From an uncultured Actinomycetes bacterium (GTDB lineage Bacteria > Actinomycetota > UBA4738 > HRBIN12): a DNA stretch of 64,000 bases. Positions within the stretch are counted from its first letter, which is position 1. Each line of letters begins with the position of its first letter. Where the stretch lies: positions 3,072,001-3,136,000 of the forward strand of contig OY969934.1 in the NCBI GenBank assembly GCA_963704725.1, given 5' to 3'. Below the pieces are notes generated by a model. That model was not told the DNA's origin and ran no database searches. It was given only the letters and a program-made list of their open reading frames with translations. Shown here piece by piece: positions 16,491 through 24,283 of this stretch. The position numbers were made by a program, and so were the translations under genes.

Positions 16491-16512
16491 TGTCAGAGGG
16501 TGCGCATACGGT
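16491..16512 (+). promoter_or_regulatory. RecA-NDp/PafBC-type promoter
   Basis: TGTCAGAG-N8-TACGGT, ATG 9 nt downstream. Confidence 0.6.
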
Positions 16513-16521
16513 TTCGACTTC

Positions 16522-16802
16522 ATGATCGAATCGAAGGGGATCCGTTCGCTTGACGTCATCCGTGACGAGGTGCGAGCCGAGCGCGCGCGGCGCAACTCGG
16601 GAGCACCGACCTCAGGCCGTTTCGCGACAAATACCTGGCAGCCGAACCTGCCTTCGCGAGGCTGCGACTCCTCGATACGCACATCGATATGGCCGAACGG
16701 ATGGCTGAAGTCATCCAGCACAAGGCGAGGTCCCTGAAGTTGGCCATGGCGGCGCTCGCCATGGCGATCTTGCTGATCGCCGTCGGTCTGGGTCTACACT
16801 GA
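16522..16802 (+). pseudogene. Internally deleted membrane-protein relic, same style as 10010-10450
   Basis: SLDVIRDEVRAER joined to FRDKYLAAEPAFARLRLLDTH..HKARSLKLAMAALAMAILLIAVGL*. Confidence 0.45.
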
Positions 16803-16819
16803 GGTCACGAGGAGGAGTC

Positions 16820-16975
16820 ATGGAGAAGGAGCCCGAGCCGCCCCGGGATCAGCCGGCTGTTGCGCCTGAGTCTCCTCCGCCGTTCGCACCCGACCCGGAC
16901 ATCGTGACCCTTCGCGAACGAGAGGCGAAGGACCCGAAGGCCATTTGGCGCGAAACCCACCCCAAACCGCGCTGA
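16820..16975 (+). CDS. Small Pro-rich protein (51 aa)
   Basis: Strong GAGGAGGAG SD; MEKEPEPPRDQPAVAPESPPPFAPDPDIVTLREREAKDPKAIWRETHPKPR*. Confidence 0.55.
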   Translation: MEKEPEPPRDQPAVAPESPPPFAPDPDIVTLREREAKDPKAIWRETHPKPR

Positions 16976-17026
16976 CGTTCGACGAGACCACCCGCCGCCT
17001 CGGTCAATTGGCAACACTCCGCTGAA

Positions 17027-17145
17027 TGCTCGTACCCGCCGGCCTGCAGCTCGAGCTCGTTGCCGCGCCCGCGCAAGCCCGCAAGCTCCTGTCGGAGGCC
17101 GCAGACGAGCTCCGCCGGACTCGCGTCGGCCTCGGCCGAGGCCGA
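17027..17145 (+). pseudogene. Collapsed third vWA copy (5' scrap fused to 3' scrap)
   Basis: ctgcagctcgagctcgttgcc matches about 8975-9000; gcccgcaagctcctgtcggaggccgcagacgagctccg matches about 16240-16277. Confidence 0.7.
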
Positions 17146-17152
17146 ATCTGGG

Positions 17153-17186
17153 ACCATATGAAACAGCATATGGTAACCTGCCGGAC
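17153..17186 (+). promoter_or_regulatory. TA operator/promoter (inverted repeat overlapping -10)
   Basis: ACCATATG-N6-CATATGGT; TAACCT seven nt before the ATG. Confidence 0.7.
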
Positions 17187-17447
17187 ATGGTACGGAAGCA
17201 GGTCCTCGTCCAGCTCGACGACGCCCTGGTGGCCTCCCTCGATCACCGAGCCGGCGAGGCCGGGATGAGCCGCAGCGAGTTGATCCGGGTGGCGGTCGCG
17301 ACGCATCTTCGCGACCTCGAGTTGGAAGAGGCCGATCGGGCTGCGATCGAGGCCTACCGCAGCGCACCCGAGGACTCGCGCGAGCTCCCCGCCCTCGATC
17401 ACCTCGCGGCCGAGGTCCTCGCCGAGGAGGACTGGTCCGAGTCGTGA
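17187..17447 (+). CDS. RHH/CopG antitoxin (MazE-like)
   Basis: VQLDDALVASLD..GMSRSELIRVAV; overlaps the MazF gene. Confidence 0.85.
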   Translation: MVRKQVLVQLDDALVASLDHRAGEAGMSRSELIRVAVATHLRDLELEEADRAAIEAYRSAPEDSRELPALDHLAAEVLAEEDWSES

Positions 17448-17764
17448 ACCGAGGGGAGCTTCACTGGGCCCACCTCCCCGAGGGCTTCGGCCGACGGCCG
17501 GTGGTGGTCCTGTCTCGCGACGTCGTGATCTCCTTGCGGGATCGGGTGACGGTCGCACCGATCTCACGAACGATCCGCGAGATCCGCAGTGAGGTGCCGG
17601 TCGGCGCCCGGGAGGGCCTTGCGTACGACTCCGTCGTCAACACCGACGAGATCCTCACGATCCCCAAGCGGCGGCTCGACCCGGACCCTCTCGGCGCGCT
17701 CGGGCCGGTGAAGCTGCGAGAGCTCGCGGCCGCGATCCACTACGCCCTCGACCTTCGGGACTGA
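17444..17764 (+). CDS. mazF: PemK/MazF endoribonuclease toxin
   Basis: NRGELHWA, RRPVVVLSRD, VAPIS, SVVNTDEILTI. Confidence 0.92.
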   Translation: MNRGELHWAHLPEGFGRRPVVVLSRDVVISLRDRVTVAPISRTIREIRSEVPVGAREGLAYDSVVNTDEILTIPKRRLDPDPLGALGPVKLRELAAAIHYALDLRD

Positions 17765-17828
17765 AGGGCGTCCGAAGGATCGAACACTCCGCCTCGATGC
17801 CGACGCACCGTGATGCTATGATGCCGTC

Positions 17829-18059
17829 GTGCCGAAGGTCCGAACGACCCTGACGATCGACGAGGAGGTTCTTCGCGCCGTGCGGGTGGCGGCGGCCAGG
17901 ACCGGTCGCCGAGACAGCGAGGTGATCGAGGAGGCCCTGCGACGGGAGCTGGGCCTCGACCTCCTCGAGCGGCTCTGGGCTCGCAACGACATGCCCGAGG
18001 ACGAGGCGACCACCCTCGCCGTCGAGGCGCAGCACGCCACCCGCCGGCGCCGGCGCTGA
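17829..18059 (+). CDS. RHH antitoxin
   Basis: KVRTTLTIDEEVL..SEVIEEALR; leaderless TATGAT six nt upstream. Confidence 0.85.
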   Translation: MPKVRTTLTIDEEVLRAVRVAAARTGRRDSEVIEEALRRELGLDLLERLWARNDMPEDEATTLAVEAQHATRRRRR

Positions 18060-18061
18060 CG

Positions 18062-18475
18062 GTGCGGGCCGTACTCGACCCGAACGTCCTCATTTCCGCG
18101 CTCCTGTCCCCACACGGTGCTCCAGCGAGGATCCTGCTCTCCTGGCTGCTGGGGGAGTTCGAGCTCATCGTCTGCCCTCGCCTCCTCGACGAGGTCGAGC
18201 GCGCGCTCGGGTATCCCAAGCTGCGACGCAGGATCGACCCGGAGGACACTCGCCGGTTCGTGGACCTGATCGCCGCGAGGGCCGTGTCGGCGCCGGACCC
18301 GGAAGACCCGCCGTCGGTACGTTCTCGCGATCCGGACGATGACTACCTGATCGCGCTCGCCGCGCAGGAGCGGGCCGTGATCGTCTCCGGGGACGGTCAC
18401 CTCCTCAATCTCGAGGGTGAGATCCCGGTGTTCACGCCCGCGTCGTTCCTGGAGCGATTCAGCCATTCGCCATAG
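18062..18475 (+). CDS. PIN-family toxin (PIN_3 type)
   Basis: MRAVLDPNVLISALL, SRDPDDDYLI, IVSGDGHLL. Confidence 0.9.
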   Translation: MRAVLDPNVLISALLSPHGAPARILLSWLLGEFELIVCPRLLDEVERALGYPKLRRRIDPEDTRRFVDLIAARAVSAPDPEDPPSVRSRDPDDDYLIALAAQERAVIVSGDGHLLNLEGEIPVFTPASFLERFSHSP

Positions 18476-18522
18476 GCAACTCCTCGTCGACGGGTAGACA
18501 CCTCTGTCTCGAACGAGGTGGT
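18476..18522 (+). pseudogene. ~45-bp scrap of a hepT-like gene
   Basis: gcaactcctcgtcgacgggtag..gtctcgaacgaggtggt resembles 23918-23963 (the RNRLVHGY..VSNEVV segment). Confidence 0.55.
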
Positions 18523-18530
18523 CCGACCGT

Positions 18531-18917
18531 TCAGACTCGGACGACCTGGAGGCCCGGGACGTCGACGTAGTCCTCGTCCTGGGTCACGACGGGGACGTCC
18601 AGCGCCATCGCCGTGGCGGCGATCCAGGAGTCGTTCACCGGCATCCGCTGCCCGCTGTCACGGAGAAGGACTCGGAGCCGCGCCCATGAATCGGCGATCG
18701 CGGTGTCGATCGGGATCGGCTCCAGACCGAGGGCATGCGTCAACGTCTCGAGCCGTCGATCTCGAGTCTCGACGTCGCGCGCGACCAGGACGCCGGCCCG
18801 AAGCTCGCCGATCGTGACGACGGAAACGCCGATCTCGTCGGGGAGCAGCTCGTCGCGGATCGCTCGGCGCGATTCCCGCGCCACGAACACTGAGGTGTCG
18901 GCGACGCCCCGGCTCAC
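18531..18917 (-). CDS. vapC: VapC PIN toxin
   Basis: GVADTSVFV, TIGEL, NDSWIAATA, VTQDED. Confidence 0.9.
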   Translation of the reverse strand: MSRGVADTSVFVARESRRAIRDELLPDEIGVSVVTIGELRAGVLVARDVETRDRRLETLTHALGLEPIPIDTAIADSWARLRVLLRDSGQRMPVNDSWIAATAMALDVPVVTQDEDYVDVPGLQVVRV

Positions 18918-19168
18918 GGCTCGCGAAGGTCGTCCGTCGTGTCCGGCGCCAGCTCGGCGAGGTCCTCGCGGAGACCCGGATCGGCCTGATGGGCGGCGAT
19001 CCGGCGGGCGAACTCCTCTCGGGGGAGCCAGCGGGGCCGGCGTCCAACGGGCTGCAGCACCGCCACGGGGCGGCCACCGACGGTGATCGTGACGGCCTCC
19101 CCCGCCTCCACCCGCGCAAGCACCGACCTCGTGTTGTTCCTCAGCTCTCTGGACGCCACGTCCGACAT
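18914..19168 (-). CDS. Phd/YefM antitoxin
   Basis: SRELRNNTRSVLARVEAGEAVTITVGGRPVA; leaderless TACGAT. Confidence 0.9.
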   Translation of the reverse strand: MSDVASRELRNNTRSVLARVEAGEAVTITVGGRPVAVLQPVGRRPRWLPREEFARRIAAHQADPGLREDLAELAPDTTDDLREP

Positions 19169-19262
19169 GCGACGATCGTAGCACAGGTGCACCGCCGGCT
19201 TCGAGGGTTGACCCGTTCGATCACTCCCAGCACCTCGAGCTCGCCTCCTGGACCCGCAGTAG

Positions 19263-19511
19263 ATGCTCAAAGCCGGGCGGGCCGCGAGCGGGGGCGGCCA
19301 CGTCGCGGTGGGCGACGTCGTTCAGACCCAGTTCGGCAACACGTTCGCGCCGTTTCATCGCCTGCGGCGGGACCGCAACAGGAGGGAGTATCCAGACGCT
19401 CTCACGCCGACCATCACGCACGAGGACGCCGATTACGCGATCTCCACTTCGGACACACTGGTGGAGGCTGCCAGGAAGCTCTTGGACGCGGGACAGCTCG
19501 ACGCGTTCTAG
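19263..19511 (+). pseudogene. C-terminal fragment of a HEPN-like protein
   Basis: GGHVAV..RLRRDRNRREY motif; no N-terminal half or MNT partner. Confidence 0.5.
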
Positions 19512-19547
19512 CCCCACGATCGCCCACCACCACGACAGGACCCGGGC

Positions 19548-20705
19548 TCAGCCCCCGATCCTGGCAAGCCCTTCGGGCGCCCGGTGCAGGCGCTCGGCAC
19601 CCTCTCGCGTCACGAGGATGAGCTCGCCGGTCTGGACCCCGGCGCGCCCGTCGGGCGTGACGACGTTCGGCTGGACCACGACCGTCATGCCCGCGCGAAA
19701 GGTCATGTCCGGCGGGGGCTCGAGCGTCCGGCTCCTGCTCCCCAGCACCGGCGGGAGGTAGCCGCCGACGAAGCCGTGCACCAGGTCGTCGACGGTCGTG
19801 AAGCCGGCCTCCTCGATCACCGAGGCGGCCTCGATCGCCTCGCCGACGGGCGCCCCGTCCCGCAGGACGCCCAGCACCGCGTCGAACGCCGCCTGGGCCA
19901 CGTCGTGCAGCTCGCGGACCAGCGCCGTCGGGTCGGCGGCGATCGTGAAGGTGCGAAGGACCTGGCCCGGGTGGTCCCAGAAGGACGCGCTCAGCTCCGT
20001 CACCAGCAGATCGCCCTCGCGGAGCCGGCGGGTGGAGGGGTACTGGGCCGGGACGGCGCTCGAGGGCTCGTCCATCGACGTGACGCCGAAGTAGTGGATG
20101 TGGTTCACGCCGCCCGCCGCGAGGTACGCGCCTTCGACGATCGCGGCGAGGTCGCGCTCCGTGATGCCCGGGACCACGTCGCGCCGGAGGGCCTCGATCG
20201 ACCGGTCGGACAGCTCGGCGCCGACGCGGACCCATTCGAGCTCCTCGTCGGACTTGACCAGCCGAAGCTCGGTGGCGGCCGCGCCCAGGTCGACGACGCG
20301 GCCGCAGGCAGCGGCCAGCGCGCCGTGCTGCCCGGCGGTGATCGGGCCGACCACCCCCACGCCGTCCGAGTTCCGCGCGGCCAGGATTTCGGCGGCCGTC
20401 CCGATCGTGGACGGGCCGCCCCACCGGACGTCGGCGTCCCGGGCCAGGACGCGCGCGTTGGGCACGTGGTTGTGGAACTGCACGAGCAGCACGTCGCGCT
20501 CGCCCGGCGTGACCACCGCCGCCGTCTCGCGCGTCACCGGCCACCCCGTGATCCACTGCACCGCCGAGCCGAAGCGGTTGGCGCCGTACAGGAGCGCATG
20601 CCGGACGCCGCGCTCGTCCATCACCGCCTCGAGGGCCGAGCGCCGGCGGGCCATCTCGGCGTCCGAGAACCGCGGATAGCCCTCCGGGGTCTCCAGGATC
20701 GCCAC
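19548..20705 (-). CDS. M24 family (Xaa-Pro/creatinase-like) metallopeptidase homolog
   Basis: RFSDAEMARRR, RLVKSDEELE, PGITERDL, LVHGF, FRAGMTVVVQPN. Confidence 0.85.
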   Translation of the reverse strand: MAILETPEGYPRFSDAEMARRRSALEAVMDERGVRHALLYGANRFGSAVQWITGWPVTRETAAVVTPGERDVLLVQFHNHVPNARVLARDADVRWGGPSTIGTAAEILAARNSDGVGVVGPITAGQHGALAAACGRVVDLGAAATELRLVKSDEELEWVRVGAELSDRSIEALRRDVVPGITERDLAAIVEGAYLAAGGVNHIHYFGVTSMDEPSSAVPAQYPSTRRLREGDLLVTELSASFWDHPGQVLRTFTIAADPTALVRELHDVAQAAFDAVLGVLRDGAPVGEAIEAASVIEEAGFTTVDDLVHGFVGGYLPPVLGSRSRTLEPPPDMTFRAGMTVVVQPNVVTPDGRAGVQTGELILVTREGAERLHRAPEGLARIGG

Positions 20706-20760
20706 CGGCGCATCGTAGGCGAGGCCGAGGCAACCGCGTCGTCGCGATCCTGACCTTACG

Positions 20761-20782
20761 TGTCGGTGGCACGACCTATGGT
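20761..20782 (+). promoter_or_regulatory. RecA-NDp/PafBC-type promoter (closest to consensus)
   Basis: TGTCGGTG-N8-TATGGT, then 7 nt to the ATG at 20790. Confidence 0.75.
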
Positions 20783-20789
20783 TCGCTGC

Positions 20790-21074
20790 ATGAATCAAGA
20801 GTTCGTTGTGGGCGAGCCGGTCGACGTGTTGCTGCGGGCGTTCTCCGACTTCACCTGGAAGCTGAGGCCGGACGGCGGGTTCAGGATCTCGGCTCAACTC
20901 GATCGTGAGCTGGCGGATCCCCTCGTCCGCGCCCTCATGCGCATCGAAGCCGAGCTCCTCGCCGAGGACGCCGATCTGATCGGCACGTCCGATACCGCCC
21001 TCCGCACCCCCGAACAGCGGCGCGCGGACGCCCTCGTGGCTCTGGGGCTTCGTGTGGTCGATGCGCGGCGGTGA
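20790..21074 (+). CDS. Small protein resembling an isolated DUF222 segment
   Basis: RTPEQRRADAL, also seen as RTPAQRRADAL in 21976-23145. Confidence 0.6.
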   Translation: MNQEFVVGEPVDVLLRAFSDFTWKLRPDGGFRISAQLDRELADPLVRALMRIEAELLAEDADLIGTSDTALRTPEQRRADALVALGLRVVDARR

Positions 21075-21154
21075 CGAGCGTTCGTCGGCCGGAGTCACCG
21101 GCCTTACCCGATGCTCGGCTTGCTATCTCGCTGCAATCGCAGCATAATGCATGC

Positions 21155-21388
21155 ATGACCTCGATCACGATCAGAGATGTGCCCGATGAGGTTCGCGACG
21201 AGCTCGCTGCTCGCGCGGCAAGGGCGGGCCGCTCGCTCCAGGAACACCTCCGACTCGAGTTGATCGAGCTCGCCCGGAAGCCATCGCTCGACGATCTGCT
21301 CGCGCGCGTTCGCGAGCGCAAGGCGGCCACACAGTCTCGCCTCCCCGCCCGGCGGATCCTCGCGCACCGCGACGCCGACCGACGATGA
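21155..21388 (+). CDS. FitA-like RHH antitoxin
   Basis: MTSITIRDVPDEVRDELAARAARAGRSLQEHLR; leaderless promoter with TGC/GCA boxes. Confidence 0.9.
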   Translation: MTSITIRDVPDEVRDELAARAARAGRSLQEHLRLELIELARKPSLDDLLARVRERKAATQSRLPARRILAHRDADRR

Positions 21389-21795
21389 CGCTGGTCGTCG
21401 ACGCCAGCGCCGTGGTGGCCGCGCTCGTCGACGGCGGACCTGCCGGTCGATGGGCGGAGTCCATGCTCACGGACGACGCGCTCGCCGCGCCGCATCTCAT
21501 GCCGGTGGAGGCGGCCAACATCCTCCGCCGGGGGCTCCTGCATCGCGATCTGTCCGCCGACACGGCGGCGCTCGCTCACGACGACCTCGTCAACCTGCGG
21601 ATCGAGATGTTCCCGTACGAGCCTCTCGCCGGGCGAGTCTGGGAGCTCCGCGACACCCTCACCGCCTACGACGGCTGGTACGTCGCCTTGGCCGAGTCGC
21701 TCGGCGCACCACTTGTCACGCTGGACCGCCGTCTGGCGCGGGCGCACGGGCCGAGGTGCTCGTTCCGCGTCCCGCCCTCGCGTGCGACACGGTGA
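21385..21795 (+). CDS. vapC: VapC PIN toxin
   Basis: LVVDASAVV, VEAAN, TAYDGWYVALAE, VTLDRRL. Confidence 0.92.
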   Translation: MTLVVDASAVVAALVDGGPAGRWAESMLTDDALAAPHLMPVEAANILRRGLLHRDLSADTAALAHDDLVNLRIEMFPYEPLAGRVWELRDTLTAYDGWYVALAESLGAPLVTLDRRLARAHGPRCSFRVPPSRATR

Positions 21796-21799
21796 CCTC

Positions 21800-21930
21800 G
21801 TAGACCGGTTTCTCGATGTCGCGCCCGGCGGCGCAGGCCGGCGATGAGCGAGTCGGCGACGCCCCGGGTTCCGGCTCGCGAGGGTCGTCCGTCATGTCCG
21901 GCGCCGGCTCGGCGAGGTCCTCGCGGACCA
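21800..21930 (-). pseudogene. Collapsed relic of a Phd-VapC junction
   Basis: Matches 18898-18972 (REDLAE.APD.TDD.REP / RGVAD), then jumps to a DSLIA-like segment. Confidence 0.65.
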
Positions 21931-21946
21931 ACGCCCGCGCCCGGAG

Positions 21947-21984
21947 TGTCACACCCTCGCGATAGGGTTCCGAACATGTGTTCG
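21947..21984 (+). promoter_or_regulatory. RecA-NDp/PafBC-type promoter plus LexA SOS box over the start codon
   Basis: TGTCACAC-N8-TAGGGT; CGAAC-ATGT-GTTCG at 21971-21984. Confidence 0.75.
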
Positions 21985-23145
21985 CCGACCCCGGACCCTC
22001 GCTCGCTATCGGATGCCGAGCTCGTGCTGCACCTGGATCGGGTCGAGCGCTCGGCTCGCGCGATCGAGGCGGATCGCGCGAGCTCGCTAGCCGAGATCGA
22101 GCGCCGAGGCGTCCACGCGGCGGATGGCCAGCTCTCGGCCGCGGCGTGGGTCGCGCGACGGCACGGTCTGTCGCAGGCTGCGGCCGAGGCGCAGGTGCGG
22201 GTGGCCCGGGCGCTGGGGGACATGCCGCTCGTGGCCGAGGCCCTGTCGCGAGGTGAGATCTCGACCGCCGCCACGGACGCGTTGGTCCGCGCGCGAGATG
22301 CGGCGCCGGAGGCGTTCGCTCGCGTGGAAGGGAGCTTGGTCGAGTCCGCTCGGTCGCTTCCGCACCGGGACCTTCGAGCCGAGCTCGAACGGTGGCGGCT
22401 GGAGGTCGACGCCGATCGGGCGGCCCGGGACGAGCAGGAGCGGTTCGCACGCCGGCGGTTCACGGCCGTCGCGGCCTCAGGCGGCATGGTCCGCACGGAC
22501 GGAGAGCTCGACCCGGAGAACGGTCAGTACCTCATCACCGCCCTTCGCGCCAAGGTGGACGCCTGGGCTCGCGGGCGGACCGAGGACCTGCGGACCCCGG
22601 CTCAGCGCCGCGCCGACGCGCTCGGCGAGATCTGCCGCGAGTGGCTCGACCTGGCCGAGCGACCCGGCCTCGGTGGCGAGCGCCCCCACGTCGTGGTGAC
22701 GATGGATCTTGCGGCGCTCCAGGCTCGCGCGGGCGGCCGGGCGTCGCTCGAGGATGTCGGCCCGGTCACCGCCGAGGCGGCACGCCGCCTGGCGTGCGAC
22801 GCCTCGGTCACGAGGGTGATCACCGACGCCCGCTCGGTGCCGCTCGAGGTCGGACGAACCACCAAGGTCGTCTCCTCGTCCCTTCGTCGGGCGCTGGCGG
22901 TCCGCGACGGTGGGTGCGCGTTCCCCGGGTGCGAACGACCACCTGGGTGGTGTGACGCCCACCTTGCGAACCACTGGGCCGACGGGGGCGAGACCGGCCT
23001 GTCGAACCTCGTGCTCCTGTGCCGGCCGCACCACCGGGTGATCCATCGAGGGTTCGGCGTGGCGATCGTCGACGGCCTGCCGGTGTTCCGGCGACCCGAC
23101 GGCACCCCGCTCGAGGACCGGAGCCCGCCGCTCGCGGTCGCGTGA
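21976..23145 (+). CDS. DUF222-HNH endonuclease (13E12-repeat-like family)
   Basis: RTPAQRRADAL, ARRLACDA, RDGGCAFPGC, CDAH, NLVLLCRPHHRVIH. Confidence 0.9.
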   Translation: MCSPTPDPRSLSDAELVLHLDRVERSARAIEADRASSLAEIERRGVHAADGQLSAAAWVARRHGLSQAAAEAQVRVARALGDMPLVAEALSRGEISTAATDALVRARDAAPEAFARVEGSLVESARSLPHRDLRAELERWRLEVDADRAARDEQERFARRRFTAVAASGGMVRTDGELDPENGQYLITALRAKVDAWARGRTEDLRTPAQRRADALGEICREWLDLAERPGLGGERPHVVVTMDLAALQARAGGRASLEDVGPVTAEAARRLACDASVTRVITDARSVPLEVGRTTKVVSSSLRRALAVRDGGCAFPGCERPPGWCDAHLANHWADGGETGLSNLVLLCRPHHRVIHRGFGVAIVDGLPVFRRPDGTPLEDRSPPLAVA

Positions 23146-23173
23146 TCAACATCGGATCTGGAATCAGAGCGCT

Positions 23174-23207
23174 ATTCGGATCCGAATTCGGACGCTATCA
23201 TGAGCCG
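23174..23207 (+). promoter_or_regulatory. Palindromic operator and leaderless -10 of the Phd-MntA/HepT operon
   Basis: ATTCGGATCCGAAT overlapping TCCGAATTCGGA; TATCAT six nt before the ATG. Confidence 0.65.
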
Positions 23208-23702
23208 ATGCAGCCCGAACCGATCCCGCTCTCGGAGGCGAAGACGCACCTGAACCGGCTCGTCAGGAGCGCTGAGGACGGCGACATCCTGTTGATGCGG
23301 CACGGCCGTCCGGTGGGGGCGCTCCTCGGGTACCGGCGGTACCGGGCGTTGATCGACGAGGCCGAGCGTGCGCGCCGGTCCGCTCCCCCTCGGTCCTCGG
23401 CGCTCCTCGACGCGCTCCGGGACCAGATCGCGGAGACGTGCCGCGCGCACGGCGTGCGAACCCTCGCCGTCTTCGGCTCCGCGTCGCGGGGTGAGGACGA
23501 GGCAGACAGCGACCTGGACCTGCTGGTCGAGTTCGGGCCGATGCCGCCCGGCGATCGCGCGGACGCGTTCTTCGGGCTCCAGGTCGACCTGGAGCGGCTC
23601 CTGCGCCGCAAGGTCGATCTCCTCGAGGAGTCGGCGATCACGAACCCGTACCTCGAGGAGGCGATCTCGCGGGATCGCACCGTGGTCTATGCGGTCGCCT
23701 GA
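23208..23702 (+). CDS. mntA: Phd/YefM domain fused to a minimal nucleotidyltransferase (MntA-like antitoxin)
   Basis: LSEAKTHLNRLV..LMRHGRPVG, then VFGSASRGEDEADSDLD (GSx10DxD) and RKVDL. Confidence 0.85.
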   Translation: MQPEPIPLSEAKTHLNRLVRSAEDGDILLMRHGRPVGALLGYRRYRALIDEAERARRSAPPRSSALLDALRDQIAETCRAHGVRTLAVFGSASRGEDEADSDLDLLVEFGPMPPGDRADAFFGLQVDLERLLRRKVDLLEESAITNPYLEEAISRDRTVVYAVA

Positions 23703-24051
23703 CGTCCGGGCGCACCTGTTCGACATCGCTCGCGCCTGCGAGCTGATCGAGCGGTTCACGAAGGGCCGGTCCCTCGAGGACTACGAGGCCGATGCGATGC
23801 TGCGCTCGGCCGTCGAGCGCCAGTTCGAGATCGCGGGCGAGGCCCTGAAGCGCGTCCTCGCCGCGGACGGCGGGCTCGCCACACGCATCTCGGGATCGAG
23901 CCGGGTGATCGCGTTCCGCAACCGGCTCGTCCACGGGTACGCCTCGGTCTCGAACGAGGTGGTGTGGGGCATCGTCGAACGGCATCTGCCGACGCTGCGC
24001 GGCGAGGTCGAGGCGCTGCTTCGCGAGCTGGACTCCGACGTCGAGACCTGA
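23689..24051 (+). CDS. hepT: HepT-like HEPN RNase toxin (DUF86)
   Basis: AVERQFEIAGEA, FRNRLVHGY (Rx4HxY), VVWGIV. Confidence 0.9.
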   Translation: MRSPDVRAHLFDIARACELIERFTKGRSLEDYEADAMLRSAVERQFEIAGEALKRVLAADGGLATRISGSSRVIAFRNRLVHGYASVSNEVVWGIVERHLPTLRGEVEALLRELDSDVET

Positions 24052-24097
24052 GCACGCACGTCTCCCGAGCGCAGCCGGCTGGTCGGTTCCTTGTTGT

Positions 24098-24283
24098 TCA
24101 CTCCCGCCGCGCCGCGCGCGCTCCGGGTGCGCGCCTCGGCAGCGCGCCCGCTCGGTGGGCGAACGCGATCGCCTCCTCGAGCCAGGCGAGCCGCTGGGCG
24201 GGCGTGGTCAGCTCGAGGAGCTCGCGGAGCCGCCGTCGCTCGTCGGGGTCGAGCCGTGAGGGGCGGTCAGGTGTCCTCGTCAC
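24098..24283 (-). CDS. Small hypothetical protein
   Basis: GTGA-coupled to the MBL gene; LTTPAQRLAWLEEAIAFA. Confidence 0.45.
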   Translation of the reverse strand: MTRTPDRPSRLDPDERRRLRELLELTTPAQRLAWLEEAIAFAHRAGALPRRAPGARAARRE

